Shown: in pieces, positions 39,250 to 46,968 of the stretch
Position numbering within the stretch: the first letter of the stretch is position 1
Layout: the number at the start of each line of letters is the position of its first letter
Assembly: GCA_963750795.1 (NCBI GenBank)
Contig: CAVVRZ010000018.1
Coordinates: forward strand, 40,245-104,244
Length of the DNA: 64,000 bases
Direction: 5' to 3'
Origin: an uncultured cyanobacterium
Lineage (GTDB): Bacteria; Cyanobacteriota; Cyanobacteriia; Pseudanabaenales; Pseudanabaenaceae
Position numbers and translations under genes: made by a program
The notes under the pieces: model-generated
Told to the model about the DNA's origin: nothing
Databases searched by the model: none
Seen by the model: the letters and a program-made list of their open reading frames with translations, nothing else

Positions 39250-39292
39250 CTCAAAGTGGTGAGAATCACAGAGCGATTTTCACCACTTTGAG
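39250..39292 (-). terminator. 13-bp stem hairpin between the tube/chaperone module and the baseplate module (terminator or attenuator)
   Basis: ctcaaagtggtga (17-nt loop) tcaccactttgag. On the minus strand it is followed by ATTT. Confidence 0.4.
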
Positions 39293-39324
39293 GCATTTGC
39301 ATAGAATTTTCCAATCCATAGAGT

Positions 39325-39642
39325 CTATTCAGTATTTACTTCCCAAGCCGTATCACCCAAATCATTAATCTGGCGATAAAACTTTTGCAAATAATTTAAG
39401 TCAGTGGCAAACATATTTTCGACGATCATTGTGCTGACCTCCTCCAGACCACCCAGCTTCGTAATTACCCTTGACAGGATTACTACCGTGGCATAGGCAG
39501 GATTTGCCCTCACCCTTGGATCGCGCATGGGAGTAATCTCATCGATCGCCCTAGACAAACGCATCACACCCTTACGATGTACATTGCCATCGCTATCGAC
39601 ATAGCCCTTAGGCAAAGTAAATTCAAACTGAGTTTGAATCAT
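39325..39642 (-). CDS. small phage-tail-associated protein, gpE-like tail assembly chaperone candidate
   Basis: 105 aa located 17 nt downstream of the third tube gene. FTLPKGYVDSDGNVHRKGVMRLSRAIDEI resembles tail assembly chaperone N-termini. Weak call. Confidence 0.4.
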   Translation of the reverse strand: MIQTQFEFTLPKGYVDSDGNVHRKGVMRLSRAIDEITPMRDPRVRANPAYATVVILSRVITKLGGLEEVSTMIVENMFATDLNYLQKFYRQINDLGDTAWEVNTE

Positions 39643-39659
39643 TGATCTCTATTTAATCC

Positions 39660-40157
39660 TTACTTAATCCTGAGAAAGTCTGTAACACTCAATTCTATTT
39701 CGATTACCGCAAATTCGCCAGTACCAGCCTTAAAGTCCGACAACTTATACCGAACGGGCCAAGCACCATTAAAGCGGAATCTTGCTTTTTCCGTTGCTGC
39801 TTGATCGTAAATAGTAATATCGCCATCACGCATTTGTTTTGACCAATTACCATCCTCGACTGCCTTTAGCCAATCCCAAAGGGTCATAGAAATCGTCAAA
39901 CCCTGCCGCAACACAATATTTTCACTCTTAACATTTCCCGGCAGCTTAGTACGTATAACACGCCCTTTACTAGAGTTGCTTCTACCCCATACTTGGGGAG
40001 TTACTTCCATAATCTCAATTACTTCTTGACTGCGGGTCAAGCCACTACATTCCATAAAGTAGCCATCAACCTGCTCTGTACTACCTTGTAAGGTAATCTC
40101 TATGTAAAAGCGGGAATTAGTTAAATATTCAAGTTGAGTGGCGCTGGCTGTCATCAC
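39660..40157 (-). CDS. phage tail tube-family protein (T4 gp19-like; tube initiator/Afp5-like candidate)
   Basis: SRFYIEI...GYFMECSGL...E...LPG..K..NIVLRQG...LWDW pattern of the gp19 family. Confidence 0.7.
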   Translation of the reverse strand: MMTASATQLEYLTNSRFYIEITLQGSTEQVDGYFMECSGLTRSQEVIEIMEVTPQVWGRSNSSKGRVIRTKLPGNVKSENIVLRQGLTISMTLWDWLKAVEDGNWSKQMRDGDITIYDQAATEKARFRFNGAWPVRYKLSDFKAGTGEFAVIEIELSVTDFLRIK

Positions 40158-40221
40158 AATTACCTTTATTTTTTGAAGTTAGGATATGAGAATCTTGGCT
40201 TCTCATATCCTAACTTCATGA

Positions 40222-40698
40222 CTACACCGCAACGCGATGCAAAGATTCATATACAAACTCAACAGTTTCTGTAGCAAGTCCCTCTGCACCTGCCTCTAGC
40301 TTGATGGATTTGTAACTAGATGGCATCATTCCCTTTACTTCCCATCTGGCGGCTTCTTCTCCGCCCTGATTGTAAAGACTAATTTTACCTGTGCGACGTA
40401 CACCCTTAGTTTTGGAACCTCCTCCGCCCAAAGGCTCAGTATGGGAGTCGCTGTACCATTGCATTAGCCTTTCATCCCCAGCTGTACAAACAAACTCCAC
40501 AGTAAGTTTGCCATTGGTGACACCTGTAACTGTAGCTTGGATTACAGATTTGGCAGCTTTAGAGACCCCATAGGATTTACTATCCCCTGCTGTTTGCAGA
40601 GTAGTACTAATGCCGCCAACACTTTTGATAATCAAATCAGCCAGTTGATCGATCTCAAAATAATACTTAGAACAGGCTAAAACTTCGCCAGCTGCCAT
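40222..40698 (-). CDS. phage tail tube protein (inner tube paralog 2)
   Basis: SKYYFEIDQL...IKSVGGIS. C-terminal ETVEFVYESLHRV parallels paralog 1. Confidence 0.7.
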   Translation of the reverse strand: MAAGEVLACSKYYFEIDQLADLIIKSVGGISTTLQTAGDSKSYGVSKAAKSVIQATVTGVTNGKLTVEFVCTAGDERLMQWYSDSHTEPLGGGGSKTKGVRRTGKISLYNQGGEEAARWEVKGMMPSSYKSIKLEAGAEGLATETVEFVYESLHRVAV

Positions 40699-40887
40699 AA
40701 TTGATTGACCTCAGAAATATTGATAGTAATACGTTAAGTTACGTATCTAATGAACCCAGATGCTTATACTAATTCACGAAAGTGTGTCAGCACTTTTGCA
40801 AGTTAAAAGACAAGCTTAGTAAAGCATTGACTAAAGACGAAATGTCTATGTCTCTATGTCACTAAAAGATAAAATTATCCTCTAGTG

Positions 40888-41361
40888 TTATACAGGGACG
40901 CGGTTAATCTGCTCAGCAATAATTTCAAATGTCTCGACTGCCAAATCTTTACTCTCAGAGTTAAAATCACTAACTTTGTAGCTTTTGATCCAGCAATTGA
41001 CGAGATTCCATCGGATTGCTTCTTTGTCTTCACTGGTGTAGGCGACGATGGAACCTGCTTTACGCCTTTGAGACCATAGCCCTTTGCCACCTTCACTCTT
41101 GGGCATAGTGTCCAACATCCAATTGTAAAAAGACATATCATCGGTTACATACACTTCGATAGTAACGTTGGGGTTCTCTTCAAAACCTGATGATGTACTT
41201 TGCCAAAGGGTTTTTCCACCTTTAGTAGAAGCAAGGGGCTTTTCATGCCCTGCTGTTTGTCCTGAGAAACTAACCTCAGATACACTCTTGATGAGTTTCT
41301 CTTCTAATCCCTCAAATGATACATAGTATCGACTAGTTGGAATTGGTATAAGTTCAGCCAT
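40888..41361 (-). CDS. phage tail tube protein (inner tube paralog 1, Afp1-like)
   Basis: SRYYVSFEGLEEKLIKSVSEVS...AVETFEIIAEQINRV. Located directly downstream of the sheath gene. Confidence 0.75.
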   Translation of the reverse strand: MAELIPIPTSRYYVSFEGLEEKLIKSVSEVSFSGQTAGHEKPLASTKGGKTLWQSTSSGFEENPNVTIEVYVTDDMSFYNWMLDTMPKSEGGKGLWSQRRKAGSIVAYTSEDKEAIRWNLVNCWIKSYKVSDFNSESKDLAVETFEIIAEQINRVPV

Positions 41362-41568
41362 TTTTTCTCCTTAAATTATAAGTTTTATGGGATTGTTTGA
41401 TTGGCTTTGGATTAGCTACTGCTGTTAAGCGATCGCATAGTTGCTTATTTTAAGAGATAAGACTGTAGGTCTAGATTTAGAACACCACAAATCTTAAGAA
41501 AGTGATAGGTTCCTTAAGAGAAAGGGTTTGAGAATCTTTTGATCCTCAAACCCTTAATGATAAGTCAA

Positions 41569-43284
41569 CTAGCTATTGGGAGACCACTGACTGACGCGGA
41601 AGATTACAAATTCCGCAGGACGGACGGGGCAGATACCAACTTCGATATATAAACGACCCATCATCATAGTTTCGTTAGTATTCAAAGTAGCGTCACACTT
41701 GACATAGAAGGCTTCAGTACTTGCGCCACCAAATAAAGCACCGTTGCGCCATAGTCCTTCGAGGAAGTTGCTGACGGTACGACTAACTCTTGCCCAGAGG
41801 TCGGTGTCATTGGGTTCAAAGACGACCCACTGCGTACCGATTTCAATGGACTTCTCAATGTAGCTAATTAAGCGGCGAACGCTGATATAACGCCATTGAA
41901 TGTTGTCTGGCTCAACGAGGGTGCGTGCGCCCCATACTTTGAAGCCGCGATTGTAGCTGGCAAAGTTACGGATGCAGTTAATGCCGATGGGGTTGAGCAG
42001 TTCTTGCTCACGCATATTGGTTTCGTAAGCGAGTCCAATCACACCTCTAGGGGTATCATTAGCTGGCGCTTTGAAAATGCCTCGGCTTTGGTCAGTGCGA
42101 CACCAGAGACCCATGACATGACCACAGGGTGGAACGTAGGAAGGTTTGCCACCTTTGCGGGGATTGGGAACCTTGATCCAAGGATAGTAAAGAGCGCCAT
42201 ACATGGAACGGCGGTTAAACATACTCAACCATTGGGCGACATCTTGAGGCTTTTGGCGATCGGGGCTGACGGCTTCCATACCCTTAGAAGGCTTAATTGG
42301 AGGCGGATCAATTACTGCCATCCGAAATGCAGGACCGGGGAAGGAGTTTTCGCACATACTGAGCATCATTTCCATGACTCCATGCACTTGATCGATGTCG
42401 ATCAGACCTGCTTCGTAGACACGCATCAAGTCTGGGCAAGCAATCATCGCAGTTTCGTCAATTTCAAACATCCCTTGGATGCCTGTGCGATCATCTCTTT
42501 GTCCTAGGAGATCACGGGAGAATCGCTCAATCGATGAAATATATGGAGGTGGAGCAATTTCGTAGGAGCCATTGGCGGGACGACGCGAGAGAGGCTGTCC
42601 ATTGGTGGAGATATCGGCAATGGTGATGTATTCTGAATCGGCGATCGCAGTAACCACATAGTCGGCAACTTCCGTCGCAACTTCGGGGTTCATCGATACA
42701 TATTCATATTTTTCTAATTCTTCACCGTCACGAGTCACGATCACGGTAAAGAATTCACCTGTATTTAAAGGCTCTTCAGCATCTTCAGGCGCATCTTCAG
42801 CTAGGGGCTTGGGAGTGCTTTCGCGGATTAAAACTTTAATGCGATCGCTACCACTACTGCTTGCCAATGCTAGTTGGCTTTCCGCAGCGTCAGCAGGCTT
42901 GATGTTAAACATCAAAGAAGGGCGATTGCTGGAAGTACCAATCCGCAAAGCTGTGGCTTCGGGAGGAGGTGGTGGAGACCCTGGTAATTGTGTGCCAATG
43001 CTAGTTACCCAACAGCGTCCACCACCATTGACGAACCAACCACTGACAGCAAAAGGCAAGTAAGCATCAAAATCTGTATATCCATCAGAACCGGGTGCGG
43101 CGAAATATTCACGGTATTGATCCCATGAAGTTACCATCATCGGTTTGAATAGCTCAGCATCACCACGTACATCTTCGGTGAAACCCACGAAACCCGCCAC
43201 ACTCATGCTGATGCCTTCGATGGGACGACTGCCTCTGTCAACCTCTTCGACGTACACACCCGGGGCGAAGTAGTCTAGTGCCAT
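41569..43284 (-). CDS. contractile tail sheath protein
   Basis: N-terminus MALDYFAPGVYVEEVDRGSRPIEG and C-terminal region YYPWIKV...FKAPAND...GINCIRNF...GFKVWGARTL are canonical sheath motifs. ATG at 43284 is preferred over 43314. Confidence 0.9.
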   Translation of the reverse strand: MALDYFAPGVYVEEVDRGSRPIEGISMSVAGFVGFTEDVRGDAELFKPMMVTSWDQYREYFAAPGSDGYTDFDAYLPFAVSGWFVNGGGRCWVTSIGTQLPGSPPPPPEATALRIGTSSNRPSLMFNIKPADAAESQLALASSSGSDRIKVLIRESTPKPLAEDAPEDAEEPLNTGEFFTVIVTRDGEELEKYEYVSMNPEVATEVADYVVTAIADSEYITIADISTNGQPLSRRPANGSYEIAPPPYISSIERFSRDLLGQRDDRTGIQGMFEIDETAMIACPDLMRVYEAGLIDIDQVHGVMEMMLSMCENSFPGPAFRMAVIDPPPIKPSKGMEAVSPDRQKPQDVAQWLSMFNRRSMYGALYYPWIKVPNPRKGGKPSYVPPCGHVMGLWCRTDQSRGIFKAPANDTPRGVIGLAYETNMREQELLNPIGINCIRNFASYNRGFKVWGARTLVEPDNIQWRYISVRRLISYIEKSIEIGTQWVVFEPNDTDLWARVSRTVSNFLEGLWRNGALFGGASTEAFYVKCDATLNTNETMMMGRLYIEVGICPVRPAEFVIFRVSQWSPNS

Positions 43285-43491
43285 ATGCCACCCTTTAACT
43301 ATGTCTATAGGCATATAGATTAGGTAAGATTAGTTAGAAGGGTTATTAGACTTTAGTCTATACTTCGATTAAAATCTAATTGCTAAAAAACGCTCAAGGT
43401 TAAGTCAAGTTTAAATACTAAGAATTAATTAAAAAAATGTTAACAAATGCAAACAATTACGGTCTATTGAGATTTTAAGTAGTAAACAGAG

Positions 43492-43530
43492 ATTCTTATA
43501 AATTTCGATGTAATCGGACTTTATAAGAAT
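43492..43530. promoter_or_regulatory. perfect 11-bp inverted repeat (ATTCTTATAAA-N17-TTTATAAGAAT) in the divergent CIS promoter region
   Basis: Read directly. Lies between the sheath start (43284) and the response regulator start (43682). Confidence 0.4.
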
Positions 43531-43681
43531 TTGTCTGGGTTTTAACCCAATGGCAAAGTGCCGTAACAGAGTCATCACATTCCGTTAAGGGCAAATAGTT
43601 TGTCCTTGTCTTTGTTAAGAAAAGTCTTGATTAATGTATCTCTGCAATTTCAATCGTTCAAAATGCTACACAGAATAGTCT

Positions 43682-44392
43682 ATGACGACAACAACTCAAA
43701 TAGTGTCGGTTTTGTTGGTAGAAAATGATCATAATTTTCGGAGGGGCTTACATACTTTATTAGGGTTTTATAGTGATGATTGCTATTTGCAGTTTAAGAT
43801 TGTTGGCGAGGCGACCTGTAGTGATCAAGCACTTAAATTAGTCCTCGAGCAGAAGCCCACTCTCATTCTTTTAGATGTGCAGTTGGATGTGCAGTTACCC
43901 CAAGATAGTGGATTCAAAGTATTAATGGATCTCAAAAAATTGGACTATCATGGCAAGGTGTTGATTTTATCAACACACCGTGATGACGAGTTGATTTTTC
44001 GGGCGATGCAGCTAGGGGCTAGGGGTTATGTGACTAAGGAAAAGATTGGAAGTCAACTCTATGAAGCAATTTCAACGGTGATGAATGAGGAAATATTTTT
44101 ACCTCCTGACATTGCTACTAGTTTTTTTCGGATTTTCCACTTCTATGCAGGGCGATCGCTACAATGTCAAAATCAAAGTCAAAATCAAATTCACTTGACC
44201 GATCGCGAACATGAAGTCTTACATTGGTTGATCAAAGGAGCTTCCAATGAACAGATTTCTGGGTATCTCCATGTGACGATCGCCACAGTCAAAGCCCATT
44301 TAACCAGTGTATTTGAGAAGTTGGGCGTAGTTAGCCGCACTCAGGCAATTGTGAAAGCATTGAAATTAGGTTTAGTTAATACCGATGAGTAG
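43682..44392 (+). CDS. NarL/LuxR-family response regulator (REC + LuxR HTH)
   Basis: VLLVENDH...LILLD...VLILSTH...YVTKE REC motifs. LTDREHEVLHWLIKGASNEQISGYLHVTIATVKAHLTSVFEKLGV is the LuxR HTH. Confidence 0.85.
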   Translation: MTTTTQIVSVLLVENDHNFRRGLHTLLGFYSDDCYLQFKIVGEATCSDQALKLVLEQKPTLILLDVQLDVQLPQDSGFKVLMDLKKLDYHGKVLILSTHRDDELIFRAMQLGARGYVTKEKIGSQLYEAISTVMNEEIFLPPDIATSFFRIFHFYAGRSLQCQNQSQNQIHLTDREHEVLHWLIKGASNEQISGYLHVTIATVKAHLTSVFEKLGVVSRTQAIVKALKLGLVNTDE

Positions 44393-44407
44393 TGATGAGT
44401 AGTACCG

Positions 44408-45685
44408 ATGAGTAATTATTTAGCGATCGCCACAGTTACGGCAACTCTCCAAAGGGTATTACAAACAGTCTTGCAACAGGATATCGAAGGCGCGAGGGTG
44501 ACTACTTTGCCCCCTGCGAATATTTCGTCAGGAGCGCCTGAAGTGGGTGTGAATATCTACTTGTATCAGGTGGCAAGCAACCCTGCTTTGGCAAACTATG
44601 ACTCTACCCCCAATCGCACTAAAGGTAATCCCCTTAATCGTCAAGTGGCGATCGATCTCTACTACATGATGAGTTGCTACGGCAATGATGTCGAGCTGCA
44701 ACCCCAGCGAGTTTTGGGAAGTATCGTCAGTACGCTAGCAGACAAGCGCATTCTCACTCCCGATTTGATTCGTTCCACTTGTAATGACTCGACATTGCCA
44801 TTTTTAATAGATTCTGATCTGGCGGATCAGATTCAGCTTGTGACGATTGTCCCCGTGGATATTACCTTGGAGGATCTTTCCAAAACTTGGTCAGTCTATC
44901 AAGCCCCCTACGTTCTATCAATCGCTTACCGTGCTTGTTTGGTCGTGATTGAAGGAAGGGAAAACTTCCAAAGGGCATTACCAATTCGTGATACCTCTCC
45001 TGCGGGGATTACACCCTTTAGTAATGCTCCTTACATAGAACAGATAATGGTGCAGGGCAGTCGCTTTGAACAGATTACGATTGGTAGCACTCTAGTGATT
45101 CGGGGCAGAAACTTACTCAATCAAGTCGATACTAGCAATGATGCCGTCCAAATTCAAATTGGAGACTTGACGGTTACTCCCACAGAAATCAAAGATCGGG
45201 AAATCATCTTCTCTTTGGAAGCAACGCCTTTGCCAATGCTCCAAGCGGGAGTGCAGAGTTTGCAGGTTATCCATCGCATGGCGAGTACTTCACCACTAAT
45301 TACCAACGCGATCGCTTCTAATCTAATGGCATTGGTTCTCTGTCCGACCCTAGTCGAAATTCAGGTGCATGATGTGGAAGAGATTGAAGAGGATCTACGA
45401 TCTGCGATCGTCACAGTACATTTAGATGTACTAGTGAGAGAAAAGCAAAAAGTAATCTTGGCACTGAATGAATGGACTCTGAATGATCCACAGGTATATA
45501 TGTTCGATCGCCCACCATTACCTAGCACTAGCTCTGTCATTGATATTCCGATCACCAATGTTAAAGCGGGAGAATATCTGGTTAGGATTAGAGTAGATGG
45601 CGCAGAGAGTAAGTTGGGAATTGATGAAAACCCCGATAGCTCCACCTATAACTGGTACAACAGTCCAAAATTGATCATTCCTTAA
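44408..45685 (+). CDS. DUF4255 (Pvc16/Afp16 N-terminal, tail cap/terminator-like) protein with about 230-aa C-terminal extension
   Basis: MSNYLAIATVTATLQRVLQTVLQ...VNIYLYQV matches the DUF4255 N-terminus. 15 nt downstream of the response regulator. Confidence 0.7.
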   Translation: MSNYLAIATVTATLQRVLQTVLQQDIEGARVTTLPPANISSGAPEVGVNIYLYQVASNPALANYDSTPNRTKGNPLNRQVAIDLYYMMSCYGNDVELQPQRVLGSIVSTLADKRILTPDLIRSTCNDSTLPFLIDSDLADQIQLVTIVPVDITLEDLSKTWSVYQAPYVLSIAYRACLVVIEGRENFQRALPIRDTSPAGITPFSNAPYIEQIMVQGSRFEQITIGSTLVIRGRNLLNQVDTSNDAVQIQIGDLTVTPTEIKDREIIFSLEATPLPMLQAGVQSLQVIHRMASTSPLITNAIASNLMALVLCPTLVEIQVHDVEEIEEDLRSAIVTVHLDVLVREKQKVILALNEWTLNDPQVYMFDRPPLPSTSSVIDIPITNVKAGEYLVRIRVDGAESKLGIDENPDSSTYNWYNSPKLIIP

Positions 45686-45736
45686 AACCAAAGGATAGGT
45701 GGCGGCGCAAAGCGCCGCCACCTATCCTTTGGTTTT
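45684..45736. terminator. 25-bp perfect-stem hairpin overlapping the DUF4255 stop codon
   Basis: aaaaccaaaggataggtggcggcgc aaa gcgccgccacctatcctttggtttt. Confidence 0.7.
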
Positions 45737-45876
45737 AGCTTGTCCCATAAGGCGTGAGTTCGATGAAAGTGCAAAATGGTGCAAATGGTTATATCTAACT
45801 GACGCTAAAAAGCATTAAAAGCAACGTAAAGCGCTGCTTTTAATGCTTTTTAGGGAATTTTGCAATAGAGTCTTTT

Positions 45877-46314
45877 CTATTTCGCTTCCTTCTTTTTAGT
45901 CACACTATTAAAGTATTCCTTTGCCTTGCTAAAAGCATATTGGAACTTGTCACCAAGGGTAGGTTCTGGTATCACTGCAACGGTGATCTCTTCATCAGGA
46001 AACTCCTTAAGACGATAGCCATATTCAAGATTTTCTTGATACTTACGCAGGATTGGATAGAGACGCACAGCACCTTTTAGCAGCTCTTTTTCTTGTTGGA
46101 AGATCGCCCGACTAATTAAGTTGCTGCGTTCCACTGCCATCGAACCCGCAGGAACCCATTCTTTGCCCTTGATGCGGATGTAAATATTGAACTCTGGCAA
46201 GCCCTTATCCTTCATTTCATCATAGCGATTGGCTGCCACCTGATGCTTGTTGGGGGCTTTCTTCTTCTTCTGCCCCGAACCACCAGCAAAACCTTTTACT
46301 TTAGTTGAACTCAT
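45877..46314 (-). CDS. HHL1-like conserved cyanobacterial/plastid protein
   Basis: KGFAGG...YDEMKDKGLPEFNIYIRIKGKEWVPAGSMAVERS...LEYGYRLKEF. Family name is from memory. Confidence 0.5.
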   Translation of the reverse strand: MSSTKVKGFAGGSGQKKKKAPNKHQVAANRYDEMKDKGLPEFNIYIRIKGKEWVPAGSMAVERSNLISRAIFQQEKELLKGAVRLYPILRKYQENLEYGYRLKEFPDEEITVAVIPEPTLGDKFQYAFSKAKEYFNSVTKKKEAK

Positions 46315-46481
46315 CGCTTTACCTTTAATTTTTTAAAAGAGTTTATAAAAACATGATGCGTAGCGCTTTGCATCACACAATATTTTTTGTGATCATGAAA
46401 TGCGTTAACAAAAGTTTACTTTAGTCGATGATCCAAACACAATCATTCTTTAGGCAAGAAAAGTTTTGCTCAAAAGCTAGC

Positions 46482-46955
46482 TCATAAGTTATCGTCAACG
46501 GCAATGTCAAAATGAAGCACATCTTCACGCACACCCAGCTTTGTATAGAGTGCGATCGCAGGGTCATCGCCAAGGTCAGCCTGCACAAAAATAACGTAAG
46601 CTCCTCGGGCTACAGCAATCTTTTTTAATTCGTTAATTAATGCCGTGGCAATGCCTTCAAGTCGATGTGCGGCGGCAACAGCTAGATCATAAATATAAAT
46701 TTCACTCCGCTCTTGTTCAAATTTCTGTAGCTCGTAAGCGGCAAGACCTCCAACTACTGCTCCATTTTTTAACGCGGCGATCGCAATGAAATAATCGCGA
46801 CCTAATAAACGCTGGAGATAAGCATTATTTGGTCGCGATGAGCTATAGGTATCAACTTCTTCAAAAGCCTCACCAAAGACAGTTAATAATTCTTCCATAC
46901 GTGCCAAGTCATTGGCAAAAAGCTGCTGGATACTAATTGATTCAGATAAAGACAT
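46482..46955 (-). CDS. GNAT acetyltransferase closely resembling AAC(3)-I aminoglycoside N-acetyltransferases
   Basis: [85 protein letters not shown] is nearly collinear with the AAC(3)-Ia core as I recall it. Confidence 0.65.
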   Translation of the reverse strand: MSLSESISIQQLFANDLARMEELLTVFGEAFEEVDTYSSSRPNNAYLQRLLGRDYFIAIAALKNGAVVGGLAAYELQKFEQERSEIYIYDLAVAAAHRLEGIATALINELKKIAVARGAYVIFVQADLGDDPAIALYTKLGVREDVLHFDIAVDDNL

Positions 46956-46968
46956 TTTTTACTCCATG

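Noticed and set aside
41896-42507. 203-aa plus-strand ORF inside the sheath gene. Similar long antisense ORFs occur at 37478-37894, 59173-59637, 53249-53650, 6051-6431 and 32070-32447.
   Set aside because: These are shadow ORFs antisense to, or out of frame with, strongly supported genes (sheath, baseplate J, gpmI, helicase, TPM and WD40). Their composition is low-complexity.
30404-45736. Could the sheath/tube/baseplate block be a prophage tail or a type VI secretion system?
   Set aside because: The 64 kb contains no capsid, portal, terminase, head-tail connector, integrase, lysis or att-like features. It also has no TssB/TssC pair, TssM/L, ClpV or Hcp-type tube. The DUF4255 cap plus gp6/gpI layout points to an eCIS-type system instead.
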